Assembly (NCBI GenBank): GCA_964496365.1
Contig: CAZBZK010000002.1
Span: 1,604-65,603 of the forward strand
Reading direction: 5' to 3'
DNA from: an uncultured bacterium
GTDB taxonomy: Bacteria; Fidelibacterota; Marinisomatia; Marinisomatales; AB-629-J13
DNA length: 64,000 nucleotides
Part shown: piece after piece, positions 28,151 to 39,624 of the stretch
How positions within the stretch are numbered: position 1 is the stretch's first letter
How the letters are laid out: every line of letters begins with the position of its first letter
Translations under genes and position numbers: made by a program
Notes under the pieces: model-generated
What the model was told of the DNA's origin: nothing
What the model saw: only the letters and a program-made list of their open reading frames with translations
Databases searched by the model: none

Positions 28151-29488
28151 TTAATTAACAGTCAAGTATTGTGCCGCAGATCTTTTTAAATGCGGAAATG
28201 ATTTTTTTGTCATTTGTTTCATTAATTTTTGTAATTGAAAAAATTCTTTTATCACCTTATTTACTTCCTGAACCGAGCGTCCGGAACCATGGGCAATTCT
28301 TTTTCTTCTGCTTCCATTTATCATTTTTGGGTGTGTTCGTTCGTACTGAGTCATGGATTGAATAATTGCCTCAGTCCATACCAATTGTTTTTCATTCACT
28401 TGATTGGGCATCATCATTTTCTTTTTCGCCATGGGCAACATTCCCATGACCTGTTTTAATGATCCCATTTTTTTAACTTGTCCTAATTGTGATTTAAAAT
28501 CATTTAAATCAAATGATTCACCTGACAACATTTTTTTAACGGATGCTTTATTATGTTCATCCAATGTCGCTTGAGCTTTTTCAACAAGCGTAACCACATC
28601 TCCAAATCCAAGAATGCGGTCAGCAATCCTTTTTGGATCAAATACCTCCAATCCGTCAAGCTTTTCTGACACTCCCAAAAATTTGATGGGGACTCCTGTT
28701 ACAGCAGACACTGAAACAGCTGCACCTCCTCTCGTATCTCCTTCCATTTTTGTCAGTACGATTCCGGTTAGCGTTAGTGTATCAGAAAAAATCTTTGCTG
28801 AATTGACTGCGTCTTGTCCCGTCATTCCATCCACTACAAAAAGCGTTTCATTGGGAATGGTATTCTCTTGAATTGCCTGAATTTCTTCCATCATTTCACC
28901 ATCAATGTGTAATCTTCCAGCAGTATCCAAAATGACGTAATCAACTTTTTTCAACTCTGCTTCTTCAATTCCACTTTTACAAATATCAACAGGATCTGAT
29001 TTCCCCTTAGAAAAAACGGGGATATTTGCTTGGTTTCCTAAAATCATTAATTGGTCTATTGCAGCAGGGCGATAAACATCTGCGGCTACTAACAAGCTAT
29101 TGAATCCATTTTTTTTCAAATGGGATGCAATTTTGACTGCAGTCGTGGTTTTACCAGACCCCTGCAATCCAGATAGTAATATTTTATTAGGCTTTTTATT
29201 TGAAGAATTTAAAGGAGATATTGTACCACCCAAAAGTGATACTAACTCATCGTGTATAATTTTTATGAAATGTTCTCCGGGTTTTATCGATTTAATAACT
29301 TTGGTCCCTTCTGCACGTGTTTTAACTTTTGTTATAAAGGATTTTACAATCTCATAATTAACATCTGCTTCTAACAAAATTATACGAACATCCCGTACTG
29401 TACTCCGGATATTGGATTCTGTGATTTTTCCCAGCCCTCTTAAAGATCGGAAAACAGACTCAAATTTATCAGATAATTTATTAAACAT
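28151..29488 (-). CDS. ffh: Signal recognition particle protein Ffh (SRP54)
   Basis: GLQGSGKTTTAVK, DTAGR, TKMEGDTRGG, and a Met-rich M domain. The gap to rpsP is 10 nt. Confidence 0.95.
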   Translation of the reverse strand: MFNKLSDKFESVFRSLRGLGKITESNIRSTVRDVRIILLEADVNYEIVKSFITKVKTRAEGTKVIKSIKPGEHFIKIIHDELVSLLGGTISPLNSSNKKPNKILLSGLQGSGKTTTAVKIASHLKKNGFNSLLVAADVYRPAAIDQLMILGNQANIPVFSKGKSDPVDICKSGIEEAELKKVDYVILDTAGRLHIDGEMMEEIQAIQENTIPNETLFVVDGMTGQDAVNSAKIFSDTLTLTGIVLTKMEGDTRGGAAVSVSAVTGVPIKFLGVSEKLDGLEVFDPKRIADRILGFGDVVTLVEKAQATLDEHNKASVKKMLSGESFDLNDFKSQLGQVKKMGSLKQVMGMLPMAKKKMMMPNQVNEKQLVWTEAIIQSMTQYERTHPKMINGSRRKRIAHGSGRSVQEVNKVIKEFFQLQKLMKQMTKKSFPHLKRSAAQYLTVN

Positions 29489-29676
29489 TAAATATTGGTT
29501 TTAGTTTAGCCCATAATTTTAATGTATTTTTATTATGTACTAAAAGATTTTCTACACAAATATTTTTTTGGTTATTTTAAAATCATTTCAATTTAATCTG
29601 TTAAAAGTGTATCTATGGAAAGAAATGAATATCATATTTATTCTTAAATTTTTCAGTTTAAATTCATACCCGAAAA

Positions 29677-30510
29677 ATGCCTGAATTTTACAATAAACTA
29701 AAAAAAATACGAACTGAACGAGGAATTGAATTAGATGAAATTCATGCTCGTACTAAAATCAGTCTTCGATTTCTGAAGGCTATCGAGGAAGGAAATTTTG
29801 CAATCCTTCCCAAACCCTATATTCGCTTATTCTTACGGGCTTATGGGACAGAAATTGGATTACCACCAGAAGAATTAATTACCAAATTTGAAACCTTCAT
29901 TGGAGACACAAAATCAAAACCAGTTTCTGAAAAAAAGAAACATAAAGAATTAACATTTGAATCTGAAGATAAGCCTGAGGACAAAAAGAAAATTGTTCAC
30001 TTAAAAAAATCACCAAAAAACAATCGGGATAAACTAATTAAAAGTATCCTGCTTCTCACAGTATGGATTTTTGTTTTATTCATTATCCATAAAAATATTA
30101 ATACAAGTACTCCAAAAGAATTAGGAGTACATTTAGACAACAACACTACCTTTGCAAATCCCATTGATTTAAATTTTATTGAGTCTTATTCTGAGGAACA
30201 TGCCATTGAATTTGTACCTCCCTATTCCCTTTTTATTCAAACAGATCGCAAATTGGATGTTTTTGTTTTTTCCGATTCCATTCATACCTCACACCTAACA
30301 CTATTATCTGGAGAAACCAAAACTCTTAAAATTGAGAATAAAACAGAATTTATTTTCGAACACTCTTTAAATGTGATGATTAATTTGTTGGGGCCAACAA
30401 ATGAAATTCCAGTTCTTCCGTTGCACAATTTCGAAAATCCAGTGAAAGTTATTGTTTCGGTTGACCCTCCTTCGTATTCATTGCATAAATTTTCCCCTAA
30501 TCCAAAATAA
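29677..30510 (+). CDS. RodZ-like HTH membrane protein
   Basis: N-terminal HTH (RTERGIELDEIHARTKISLRFLKAIEEGNFAILP), a basic linker, a single TM (ILLLTVWIFVLFII), and a C-terminal beta-rich domain. Confidence 0.6.
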   Translation: MPEFYNKLKKIRTERGIELDEIHARTKISLRFLKAIEEGNFAILPKPYIRLFLRAYGTEIGLPPEELITKFETFIGDTKSKPVSEKKKHKELTFESEDKPEDKKKIVHLKKSPKNNRDKLIKSILLLTVWIFVLFIIHKNINTSTPKELGVHLDNNTTFANPIDLNFIESYSEEHAIEFVPPYSLFIQTDRKLDVFVFSDSIHTSHLTLLSGETKTLKIENKTEFIFEHSLNVMINLLGPTNEIPVLPLHNFENPVKVIVSVDPPSYSLHKFSPNPK

Positions 30511-30656
30511 AATACCATGGGTCAATGATTGTCTAATTGATCCATAATCCAATATAATTAGCATTCACCATTGAATTCTTTTTGGTGATTTTTCCTCATT
30601 ATTGTTATCAAAACCAGAATATTAAATTATTTTCTTAAAATAATTGAAAAAAGATT

Positions 30657-30704
30657 TTGACTTGAGTGGGTAAATTTATTAGACTTGTGGGTAATAGTGG
30701 GTAA
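30657..30704 (+). promoter_or_regulatory. Candidate dcw promoter (TTGACT-17 nt-TAGACT) overlapped by three GTGGGTAA direct repeats (putative MraZ operator)
   Basis: TTGACT at 30657-30662 and TAGACT at 30680-30685. GTGGGTAA occurs at 30666-30673, 30687-30694 and 30697-30704, with spacings of 21 and 10 nt. The site is 23 nt upstream of the mraZ ATG. Confidence 0.55.
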
Positions 30705-30726
30705 TTATCCCTTTCGTTGATCCATA

Positions 30727-31188
30727 ATGTCACATAATCCAAATACATTCACAGGTGAATATTCTTATTCAGTTGATCCTAAAGGCAGGGTCAACATTCC
30801 GGCAAAGTTTCGACAATCTTTGTCGCCTGAGAATAATAACTCTTTCGCAATCACCAAAGGAATGGATCCGTGTATTTGGGTATATCCAATCACAGAATGG
30901 AACAAAGTTCTAGATAAACTCAGGGAACAGGCTTCTTCAATCATTAATCGTGCATTTACTCGAGAATATACTCGATATGCAACTTCACCCACCTATGATA
31001 AACAAGGTAGAATTCACCTGACCCAAGATTTACTAAATTATTCCAAAATTGATCGGCAAGTCATTATCATTGGTATGGTCAATAAAATTGAAATTTGGAA
31101 TCCTGAACTCCTGAAAGATTTTGACCAAAAGGTATTTTCAGAAAACCAAGATGCATTAAATGAATTGGCTGAGAAAATTATATTGTAA
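30727..31188 (+). CDS. mraZ: Transcriptional regulator MraZ
   Basis: YSVDPKGRVNIPAKFR and a second half DKQGRIHLTQDL (duplicated SpoVT-AbrB/MraZ fold). Confidence 0.9.
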   Translation: MSHNPNTFTGEYSYSVDPKGRVNIPAKFRQSLSPENNNSFAITKGMDPCIWVYPITEWNKVLDKLREQASSIINRAFTREYTRYATSPTYDKQGRIHLTQDLLNYSKIDRQVIIIGMVNKIEIWNPELLKDFDQKVFSENQDALNELAEKIIL

Positions 31189-32066
31189 TGACTGCTTCTC
31201 TTCATCATATTCCAGTTTTGGTGGAGGAAGTAATATTTTTTTTAAATATCGATCCCAATCATTATTATGTGGATGGAACTTTTGGTCTAGGCGGACATGC
31301 CAATCATATTTTAACCAATCTTTCCGAAAAAGGGAAGCTCATTGGAATTGAACGAGATTCAGAGGCAATAAAAATGTATCAGAATGGTCTTTATTCCTCA
31401 TCTCCTCTTTTGTCTGTATATCACGACTCCTATCATCAATTACCTAAAATATTAAAAAAGGAAGGAATCCCAAATGTAAGCGGCATCTTGCTAGATTTGG
31501 GATTATCTTCGATACAATTGGTATCCAAATCCAGAGGATTCTCTTTCGCTCAGGAATCCTCATTAGATATGCGATTTAATGCAAAGGAAGGGAAAACTGC
31601 TTCTGAAATGTTGGACCGTATGAATGTAAGTGAAATAGAGCAGATTTTAAAAAAATATGGAGAGGAAAGATATTATAAAAAAATTGCATTCAAAATAAAA
31701 CAAAACGGTCCTATTTGTTCCACGACTGATTTGAGTGAAATTATCAGAAAATCAACTCCTCCTGCTAATCGAGTTAAAACTCTTGCCCGAGTATTTCAAG
31801 CTATTCGAATTGCTGTAAATAAAGAACTATCCATTTTAGATCAATTTTTAAAATTGTTCATTCATAGTTTAAACCAATTTGGAAGAGTGGTCATCATTAG
31901 CTATCACTCGTTGGAAGATAGAATGGTAAAACATTCATTTAAGCAACTAAAGCAGGAAGGAATCATTAATATTTTGACCAAAAAGCCAATCACTCCTACA
32001 CAAAAAGAGATAAAATTGAACCGTCGGAGCAGAAGTGCAAAATTAAGAGCAGCAGAAAAAAGGTAA
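31188..32066 (+). CDS. rsmH: 16S rRNA (cytosine1402-N4)-methyltransferase
   Basis: HIPVL, DGTFGLGGH, DLGLSS, SYHSLEDR. Confidence 0.9.
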   Translation: MTASLHHIPVLVEEVIFFLNIDPNHYYVDGTFGLGGHANHILTNLSEKGKLIGIERDSEAIKMYQNGLYSSSPLLSVYHDSYHQLPKILKKEGIPNVSGILLDLGLSSIQLVSKSRGFSFAQESSLDMRFNAKEGKTASEMLDRMNVSEIEQILKKYGEERYYKKIAFKIKQNGPICSTTDLSEIIRKSTPPANRVKTLARVFQAIRIAVNKELSILDQFLKLFIHSLNQFGRVVIISYHSLEDRMVKHSFKQLKQEGIINILTKKPITPTQKEIKLNRRSRSAKLRAAEKR

Positions 32067-32069
32067 ACT

Positions 32070-32396
32070 ATGGCTATTAAAAAACGCAAATCCAAACACT
32101 TTCGAAATTTAGTTGACACATTATTTTTTTACCTCGTTACCTGTTTATCATTCGGTGGGTTGGTCCTATATTTATGGGTATTCACAGAAATAGATGATTC
32201 CCTATTTGCTCTTGACATTCAAAAGAAAACTGTGGAAGAATTAATGGATGAAATTTATATCCTGCAAAGTGAAATTGACGCTCTATCAAAACCGAATATC
32301 ATTGCCAAAAAAGCACAGAAAAAATGGGGGATGGTGTCCGCTAAGCCTGAATCAATTTCCGTACACATCAAACCCGGAGAACTCAGCAGTTTGTGA
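32070..32396 (+). CDS. ftsL: Cell division protein FtsL-like
   Basis: 108 aa with a single TM and a coiled-coil segment. Position between rsmH and ftsI. Confidence 0.6.
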   Translation: MAIKKRKSKHFRNLVDTLFFYLVTCLSFGGLVLYLWVFTEIDDSLFALDIQKKTVEELMDEIYILQSEIDALSKPNIIAKKAQKKWGMVSAKPESISVHIKPGELSSL

Positions 32397-34363
32397 CGAA
32401 ATCTTTTTTAAATTTTCGCTCTCGTATCACAGTGGTAACCTGTTTTGTTATATTAGCATGGTGCGGTTTGAGTGTCCGGTTGTTTCAAATTCAAATCCTC
32501 AATAACGAATTGATTAATGAGAATGGTAGAACTCAGGGAAAACCAAAAGAAATCCTACCTGCATCTCGGGGAAATATATTTGACCGAAATAATGTCCCCT
32601 TAACCAGAAATATTTCCCATACAACTCTCGTCGCTACACCGGATCAAATTGTCAATAAATCAGAAGCCAGTCAATTATTAAGTTCTTGTACTTCTTTACC
32701 TTCCTCTTTTTATTTTAATAAGCTTTCCAACTCAAATTCATATACATTTTTAGCGAGAAATATTCTTGAATCTCAATGTGGAGAGATTTCCAGATTGGAA
32801 GAGTTAGGAGTCCTTGTGAAACGAAATTATTACCGACATTATCCTTTTGGAATGACTGGAGGTCAAATCATAGGATTTACGGACCCTGATAATCGTGGCT
32901 TGAGCGGAATTGAAAAACAATTTAATACCACTTTAACTGGGGTAGATGGATGGATTATTAAAAAAGAATCTGGCACAGGGCACAAGAAAAGAGACAGTAG
33001 TTATCCCTATAAAAACCCCAGGGATGGTGCTCATTTACAACTGACCTTACATATTGAGTATCAAAATATTTTAGAGGATGAATTGCTGAAACAAGTTAAT
33101 CACACCCATGCACAAAGCGGTACGGGAATTCTGATGAATCCAGAAACAGGTGAAATATTGGCTATGGCATCTGTGCCCGGTTTTGATCCAAATCATCCAG
33201 GAAATTCACCCATTGAAAATCAAAAAATAAAAGCCATTACTGATCAATTTGAGCCGGGATCCACATTTAAAATTGTCTCTGCCACTGTCGCCTTGGATAA
33301 TCAAATTGTTCAATTAAGGGATGAGTTTTTCTGTGAAAATGGAAGTTTTTATTACAATGAAGTTAAGATTCGTGATCATGAAAAATATGGTTTATTAACT
33401 TTTTCTCAGGTGTTGGAACAATCCAGTAATGTAGGGATTATTAAAATTACAGAACTTCTCGATATTCGATCATTTTACCAATATATAAAACGATTCGGGT
33501 TTGGAATAAAGACCAATATTTCGTTACCGGGTGAGGCAAAGGGATTGATTCGGGAAACTGAAAACTGGAGCAAAATTTCTCCGGGAATTATTTCGATGGG
33601 GCAGGAAATCAGTGTAACTGCACTCCAATTAGCAACGGCTTATTCTGCTGTGGCAAATGGTGGTTTTTTACTCAAACCAACCATTATCAGACAAGTAATG
33701 GATCATGATCGCAAAATTGACAGCTCCCCTCGTTCAAATGTTTTACGACGCATTGCATCCAAAAAAACGATGCAATCAATCAGAAATATTCTCAAAAAAA
33801 CCGTGGATTCAGGCACAGCATCTTCAGCTCATATTCCTGGGTGGGATATTGCAGGGAAAACAGGAACAGCTCAAAAATTTATAAATGGTGCTTATTCGGA
33901 TACGAAATTTATTTCAAATTTTGTGGGATTTTTTCCAGCGTCCAATCCACAATTGTTGTGCGTTATTCTTATAGATGAACCCAGATCCGGCTACCATTGG
34001 GGTGCAATTGGGGCAGCACCAGTGTTTAAAAACGTAATTCAAAGAATTATTAATATGGATGATTCATTCCAAAAGGATGAAATTCAGAAAAAAAAATCCC
34101 CAATAAATATTTGGGCTAACCAAAACCAGAGTCAATTGGGATGGGATGATAATCATAATATGTTGGCTCATACCGTTCAAGTAAATAATGAAGAATGTAC
34201 AGTGCCGGATGTACGAAGAATGAGTCTAAGGGGGGCCGTTCGAAAATTAAAAGAACATGGATTTTCTTATTCGATTCAAGGGTCTGGGATAGTGAGATGG
34301 CAATCTCCAAAACCAGATAAAACCATCACCTGTGGGACATTATGTGTGATTGGACTTCATTAA
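32393..34363 (+). CDS. ftsI: Peptidoglycan D,D-transpeptidase FtsI (class B PBP) with a C-terminal PASTA domain
   Basis: GTG start overlapping the ftsL stop. Motifs STFK (GSTFKIV), SSN (QSSNVG) and KTG (GKTGTA). The C-terminal [38 protein letters not shown] is PASTA-like. Confidence 0.85.
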   Translation: MTKSFLNFRSRITVVTCFVILAWCGLSVRLFQIQILNNELINENGRTQGKPKEILPASRGNIFDRNNVPLTRNISHTTLVATPDQIVNKSEASQLLSSCTSLPSSFYFNKLSNSNSYTFLARNILESQCGEISRLEELGVLVKRNYYRHYPFGMTGGQIIGFTDPDNRGLSGIEKQFNTTLTGVDGWIIKKESGTGHKKRDSSYPYKNPRDGAHLQLTLHIEYQNILEDELLKQVNHTHAQSGTGILMNPETGEILAMASVPGFDPNHPGNSPIENQKIKAITDQFEPGSTFKIVSATVALDNQIVQLRDEFFCENGSFYYNEVKIRDHEKYGLLTFSQVLEQSSNVGIIKITELLDIRSFYQYIKRFGFGIKTNISLPGEAKGLIRETENWSKISPGIISMGQEISVTALQLATAYSAVANGGFLLKPTIIRQVMDHDRKIDSSPRSNVLRRIASKKTMQSIRNILKKTVDSGTASSAHIPGWDIAGKTGTAQKFINGAYSDTKFISNFVGFFPASNPQLLCVILIDEPRSGYHWGAIGAAPVFKNVIQRIINMDDSFQKDEIQKKKSPINIWANQNQSQLGWDDNHNMLAHTVQVNNEECTVPDVRRMSLRGAVRKLKEHGFSYSIQGSGIVRWQSPKPDKTITCGTLCVIGLH

Positions 34364-34364
34364 A

Positions 34365-35810
34365 ATGAAAAGAAAATTAATCGAATTAGTACAACATATC
34401 AATCCGTTGAATTTGGTGAGGGATGATGTCGAAATAACACGTTTATGCTCCCATTCAAAAAAAGTAATTCCGGGTGATTTATTCATTGCTATTCCGGGAT
34501 TTTCTGTGGATGGACATCAATTTGTCCAGGAAGCCATAGACAGAGGTGCAGCTGCCTTGCTTGTAAATGGAAGGGATATTGGAAATGTTTCCATTCCTTA
34601 TGTGTCCGTAGGGAATCCCAGACGGGCACTATCCAAAATAGCCTCAAAATTTTATAAAAACCCTTCTAAAAAGTTAATCATAGTTGGTATCACTGGAACC
34701 AACGGAAAAACATCTACTTCCTTTTTATTAAACTCAATTTTACAAGCCGATGGGAAGCAATCAGCCGTTTTAGGAACACTGGGATTACTAACTGATTCTT
34801 ATGAAGAGAAAGGTTCTCACACAACTTCGGACGCTATTTCCCTTCATAAAACTATGAGTCGGTTGGTGGAAGATCATATTACCCATTTAGTGATGGAGGT
34901 GTCTTCTCATTCCATTGACCAATTTAGAGTTGCAGATGTGAATTTTGATTTTGCAGTTTTCACCAATTTAACCCAAGATCATTTGGATTATCATGGTACT
35001 ATGGAAAATTATTTTCAAGCAAAAGCAAAACTGTTCAAAATGTTACCGTTAAATGCTACTGGAGTAATAAATACCGATTCAGACTATGGTAAACAATTAA
35101 AACTTCTTTGTACTTCCCCTGTGATTTCTGCTGCCACCAAATTTGAAGACATGATTCACTTTGAACATTGTCATGTGACCTTGGAAGGAATTACCGGTGT
35201 TATTTCCGCTGGGACCAAGTCCTATAAAATTGATTCACCTTTAATGGGAGAATTCAATAAAGAAAATATATTGATGGCGGTTTCGGCGGCACATACCATG
35301 GGATTGTGTCCCGAATCCATTGAATCTGGTATTAATAATTGTATCGGTATTCCAGGGAGAATGGAGTGGTTTAAAGCTCCAAATGGAGGCACCATTATTG
35401 TAGATTATGCTCATACTCCAGACGCATTTGAAAAAGTCCTTTCTACCGTTCGTTCGCTTACAGATGGGAACATTCATACCGTTTTTGGGGCTGGAGGTGA
35501 CCGTGATAAATTAAAACGTCCACTAATGGCATCAACCGCTGAAAAATTTTCAAAACATTGCTATATCACCCCAGATAATCCACGAAATGAAAATCTTGAT
35601 GCAATAAATGCCGATTTGATAGCAGGGTTTACTTCGAATTGTTTCACGGTATTTAAAGATAGGAAGGAAGGATTGAATCGTGCTTTATGTAACATGATGC
35701 CTGAAGATGTCGTAATTGCCTTAGGAAAAGGGAGAGATGATTTTCAGGTGATTCAGAATGATCGAATCCCCTATTCAGATATTCATACTATTTCGGAATT
35801 TATTTCATGA
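34365..35810 (+). CDS. murE: UDP-MurNAc-L-Ala-D-Glu--2,6-diaminopimelate ligase
   Basis: [10 protein letters not shown], and the DNPR motif (ITPDNPRNE), which is typical of meso-DAP-adding enzymes. ATG 34365 is preferred over the track TTG at 34350. Confidence 0.9.
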   Translation: MKRKLIELVQHINPLNLVRDDVEITRLCSHSKKVIPGDLFIAIPGFSVDGHQFVQEAIDRGAAALLVNGRDIGNVSIPYVSVGNPRRALSKIASKFYKNPSKKLIIVGITGTNGKTSTSFLLNSILQADGKQSAVLGTLGLLTDSYEEKGSHTTSDAISLHKTMSRLVEDHITHLVMEVSSHSIDQFRVADVNFDFAVFTNLTQDHLDYHGTMENYFQAKAKLFKMLPLNATGVINTDSDYGKQLKLLCTSPVISAATKFEDMIHFEHCHVTLEGITGVISAGTKSYKIDSPLMGEFNKENILMAVSAAHTMGLCPESIESGINNCIGIPGRMEWFKAPNGGTIIVDYAHTPDAFEKVLSTVRSLTDGNIHTVFGAGGDRDKLKRPLMASTAEKFSKHCYITPDNPRNENLDAINADLIAGFTSNCFTVFKDRKEGLNRALCNMMPEDVVIALGKGRDDFQVIQNDRIPYSDIHTISEFIS

Positions 35811-37147
35811 GGATAAACCTTCCCGATCCATCCGGATTCGCAGAATGCTTTTATTCCGTCACTCAAGTACGGTTAAATGAACCCGTAACCGGAATCACTA
35901 CAGATAGCCGGAATGTAAAATCGGGAGATTTGTACATTGCATTATCCGGTCAGCGTACTGATGGACATAATTTTGTCCATACTGTTGAATTAGAAGGATG
36001 TAAGGCGGTGTTGGTGTCAAAATTTCAAAATAAATGCAAAACTATTCAACAAATAAAGGTTGATAATCCTCTCAACACTTTAGGATTAATTGCAAAACAC
36101 TGGAGAAATAATGTAACCATTCCTATTATTGGAATCACCGGCACCAATGGTAAAACCACAACAAAAGAATTAATTAAGCATATATTCAGTGCAGACAAAA
36201 ATGTACACGCCACGGAAGGAAATTATAATACGTCTGTTGGTGTGCCTTTAACTTTATTAACATTAACCGCCTCTCACGATATTTCCGTTTTAGAATTGGG
36301 TGCAAATCAACGTGGTGATATCCGATATTTGTGTGAAATATCAAATCCAACTCATGGACTCATTACCAATATTGCTCCTGCACATTTAGAAGGGTTTGGT
36401 TCGGTAGATGATATCGCAGCTGAAAAAGGAGAATTATTCAGGTCTATACATGAAGGATTTTCTTTTATAAACTGTGCGGATGAAAGAATCAATTCCTTGC
36501 CTAATTCGGGAAAAAAAATCTCATTTGGGCTAACTCCTGACTGTGATTTTCCCGCTGATATTATCTCAGAAAATGATGGGAACCTTCTATTAATCATTGA
36601 CTCAGAAGAAATTCCAATTGATTCAAGAAATTTATCTTTTTTGAAAAATGTTATTTCAGCAGCAGCTGTTACGGTCACATTGGGAACTGATTGGAATGTG
36701 TTTCGGGAAAGGATATCTACGTTTTCACCTCCCAAGGGTAGGTGCCAAGTTAACACATACAATAACATAACCGTTATTGATGACACATACAATGCAAATC
36801 TTGAATCTACAATTGCTGCCATTGATTATTTACAAGCATTTGGAGGAGATGGACGAAATATATTCGTTTTCGGAGATATGTATGAATTGGGTCATGATTC
36901 AGAAAATCATCATCGTGAAATAGGAAAAAAATGTAAGAATTCACAATTGGATGCTGTGTATTTGGTCGGGGATGATACTCGATTTACGGATATTGAAATG
37001 AATGCAAAAATCTCTCATTATTACTTTTCATCGAAAACAGAGTTAACGCTTAACCTAAAAAAATCTTTACGGGAAGGGGATAAAGTTTTAGTCAAAGGTT
37101 CCAGGGGAATGGCAATGGAAACGGTCATTCAAGGATTATTCAACTGA
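35807..37147 (+). CDS. murF: UDP-MurNAc-tripeptide--D-Ala-D-Ala ligase
   Basis: [18 protein letters not shown], and synteny. Confidence 0.9.
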   Translation: MRINLPDPSGFAECFYSVTQVRLNEPVTGITTDSRNVKSGDLYIALSGQRTDGHNFVHTVELEGCKAVLVSKFQNKCKTIQQIKVDNPLNTLGLIAKHWRNNVTIPIIGITGTNGKTTTKELIKHIFSADKNVHATEGNYNTSVGVPLTLLTLTASHDISVLELGANQRGDIRYLCEISNPTHGLITNIAPAHLEGFGSVDDIAAEKGELFRSIHEGFSFINCADERINSLPNSGKKISFGLTPDCDFPADIISENDGNLLLIIDSEEIPIDSRNLSFLKNVISAAAVTVTLGTDWNVFRERISTFSPPKGRCQVNTYNNITVIDDTYNANLESTIAAIDYLQAFGGDGRNIFVFGDMYELGHDSENHHREIGKKCKNSQLDAVYLVGDDTRFTDIEMNAKISHYYFSSKTELTLNLKKSLREGDKVLVKGSRGMAMETVIQGLFN

Positions 37148-38250
37148 TGCTTTATCATTTTCTGTATCCTCTCAAATCCTACTGGTCTGTATTGAACCTA
37201 TTTCAATACATTACATTTAGATCTGCGATGGCAGCGATCGTCGCATTATTGATTAGTTTTATTTTTGGTCCTAAGGTCATCCACATGCTCAATGTTCACC
37301 ATATTGGTGAAAAGATTAGATCTACCGGACCAAAAACCCATCAACGAAAACAGGGAACACCCACAATGGGAGGAGTACTCATTATATTGGCTGTACTCCT
37401 CCCAACCTTGTTATTGGCAGACCTTACCAGTCCATTTATCCAGATTATTTTATTTTCTACCATTTGGATGGGATTCATAGGATTTTTAGATGATTATTTA
37501 AAAGTCATTTTGAAAATTGAAAAAGGATTGATCGCTAGATATAAATTAATGGGTCAACTCCTGTTGGGAATCGTTATCAGTTATTGGATATTTTCAAACG
37601 GAAATTGGGCTGGGATTTATTCCTACATACCGGTTCCATTTTTTAAGAATTTTAATTTGGATTTTGGAATTCTATATCCTTTGGTCATTATATTTGTGAT
37701 TACTGGGACATCGAATGCCGTAAACTTAACCGACGGATTGGATGGATTGGCTGCAGGATTATTAGCGATATCTTTTACCGTATTTGGTGCAATCGCCTAT
37801 TTATCGGGGAGAGTTGATTTTTCAGATTATTTGAATATTTATTACCTTCCCGGTGCAGGGGAATTATTTATTTTTACCTCTGCAATGGCGGGGGCGTGTC
37901 TTGGGTTTTTATGGTTTAACTCTGCACCGGCTCAGATGTTTATGGGAGATGTGGGTTCCTTATCCACGGGTGCTGCATTAGGAACCCTTGCAATTTTATT
38001 AAAAAAAGAGTTGTTATTGGTTATTATCGGAGGAGTATTTGTTTGGGAAGCTATGTCAGTCCTTTTGCAAGTGGGATATTTTAAATGGACAAAAAGAATG
38101 AAAGGAGAAGGGAAGCGATTATTAAACATGTCCCCAATTCATCATCATTATGAGTTAGCAGGATGGCATGAAACCAAAGTCGTCGTTCGATTTTGGATCA
38201 TCGGAATTTTGTTAGCATTGTTTTCACTCACAACTTTTAAGATAAGATAA
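37147..38250 (+). CDS. mraY: Phospho-MurNAc-pentapeptide translocase
   Basis: GTPTMGG, NAVNLTDGLDGLA, GDVGS, PIHHHYE. Confidence 0.95.
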   Translation: MLYHFLYPLKSYWSVLNLFQYITFRSAMAAIVALLISFIFGPKVIHMLNVHHIGEKIRSTGPKTHQRKQGTPTMGGVLIILAVLLPTLLLADLTSPFIQIILFSTIWMGFIGFLDDYLKVILKIEKGLIARYKLMGQLLLGIVISYWIFSNGNWAGIYSYIPVPFFKNFNLDFGILYPLVIIFVITGTSNAVNLTDGLDGLAAGLLAISFTVFGAIAYLSGRVDFSDYLNIYYLPGAGELFIFTSAMAGACLGFLWFNSAPAQMFMGDVGSLSTGAALGTLAILLKKELLLVIIGGVFVWEAMSVLLQVGYFKWTKRMKGEGKRLLNMSPIHHHYELAGWHETKVVVRFWIIGILLALFSLTTFKIR

Positions 38251-39620
38251 TGGATATTTTAAACCAAATTCCCTCCTCGCTTAAAAACAAAAATGTTTCC
38301 ATACTTGGGATGGGAATTAGTGGTTTGGGTGCAGCGAAATTGTTAACTCATGTAGGTGCGAACGTATTTGTAAGTGAAAAATCGAATATGGAATTATCTT
38401 CTGACTATCCCAAAATTTTATCTAAAAAGGGGATTCATTTTGAGCTGGGAATCCATAGCGATGAACTTTTTAACTGCGACCTAATCGTTGTTTCGCCCGG
38501 AATTGCGAAAAATACAGAAGTGATTCAAAAAGCAATAAACAAAAATATCCCCATTATTGGTGAATTGGAATTGGGATTTTGGTTCACTAATGCCCCTATT
38601 ATTGCTGTGACAGGTTCCAATGGGAAAACCACAACATCGAAATTATTAGAATCTATCTGCCAAACTGAGTCGATTCATGGTGTGTTAGCTGGAAATGTTG
38701 GAACTTCTTTTTGTGAAGTTGTGCTCAATGATTTATTAAAACCGGACACAAAAAGGTTATTTATACTTGAAGTATCCAGTTTTCAGACTGAATTTTTGAA
38801 TCATTTTTCTCCTTTTATCGGTATTTTTCTAAATATAACACCTGATCATTTGAATCGTCATGGAAGTATGGAAAATTATATTCGGGCTAAAATACAAATG
38901 TCCATCAATCAAAATGAAAATTCCTATGTGGTTTACAACGAAAATGATGGAAATCTTAAACACGTTTTAGAACCTATTCAATCTCATAAAATTCCTTTTA
39001 GTCTTGATCCGGATCAATCATTTCGTTTCGGTCTTAATCAAACAAAACTCATAAACAAAAATCATGAGAAATTTATTTCTCTTGACGAAATACAGTTAAT
39101 CGGTAACCATAATTACTCGAATATAATTGCAGCGGCAACAGCGGCTCATTTATTGGGAATTAAAGATGAACACATTTCCAAATCTATTTCCAATTTTCTA
39201 CCAATTTCCCATCGAATGGAGCATTTCCATTCTGAAAATGGTATTCAATTTATAAACGATTCAAAGGCAACCAATGTGGATGCAGTAGCCTGTGCTCTAT
39301 CAAGCTTTGAACGATCAATTATTTTAATCATGGGGGGGCAATTCAAAGGTGGAAATTTAAATGAACTCCTTCCACATACTCATAAAATAAAATCCATCAT
39401 TGCGTTTGGGGAGGCTCAGGAACTGATTGCGTCAAAATTTAGGGATGCGGCGAGATTGATGCGTTGTAATAATCTCGAAGAATCGGTAATCCTGAGCCGC
39501 AAAATTGCTCAGTCGGGAGATGTAGTATTATTGTCTCCCGGTTGTGCTAGTTTTGACCAATTTGAAAATTATGAAGAGAGAGGCAATTGTTTCAAAAATT
39601 TAGTTTTATCAGGAGATTAA
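38250..39620 (+). CDS. murD: UDP-MurNAc-L-Ala--D-Glu ligase
   Basis: GMGISGLGAA, VTGSNGKTTT, NDSKATN. Confidence 0.9.
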   Translation: MDILNQIPSSLKNKNVSILGMGISGLGAAKLLTHVGANVFVSEKSNMELSSDYPKILSKKGIHFELGIHSDELFNCDLIVVSPGIAKNTEVIQKAINKNIPIIGELELGFWFTNAPIIAVTGSNGKTTTSKLLESICQTESIHGVLAGNVGTSFCEVVLNDLLKPDTKRLFILEVSSFQTEFLNHFSPFIGIFLNITPDHLNRHGSMENYIRAKIQMSINQNENSYVVYNENDGNLKHVLEPIQSHKIPFSLDPDQSFRFGLNQTKLINKNHEKFISLDEIQLIGNHNYSNIIAAATAAHLLGIKDEHISKSISNFLPISHRMEHFHSENGIQFINDSKATNVDAVACALSSFERSIILIMGGQFKGGNLNELLPHTHKIKSIIAFGEAQELIASKFRDAARLMRCNNLEESVILSRKIAQSGDVVLLSPGCASFDQFENYEERGNCFKNLVLSGD

Positions 39621-39624
39621 AAAT

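Noticed and set aside
29489-29676. Possible replication origin at the divergent strand switch (29.5 kb of minus-strand genes to the left, ~20 kb of plus-strand genes to the right)
   Set aside because: The gene-orientation pattern fits an origin. However, the gap is only 188 bp, no dnaA or dnaN is adjacent, and I found no good TTATCCACA-type DnaA boxes (the best is TTTTCTACA). It more likely holds ordinary divergent promoters. A whole-genome GC-skew plot would settle the question.
36352-36822. 156-aa minus-strand ORF inside murF, plus similar antisense ORFs in ftsA, ftsZ, murC, selA, mutS and ffh
   Set aside because: Each is fully nested antisense to a strongly supported housekeeping gene, and none has a recognisable motif.
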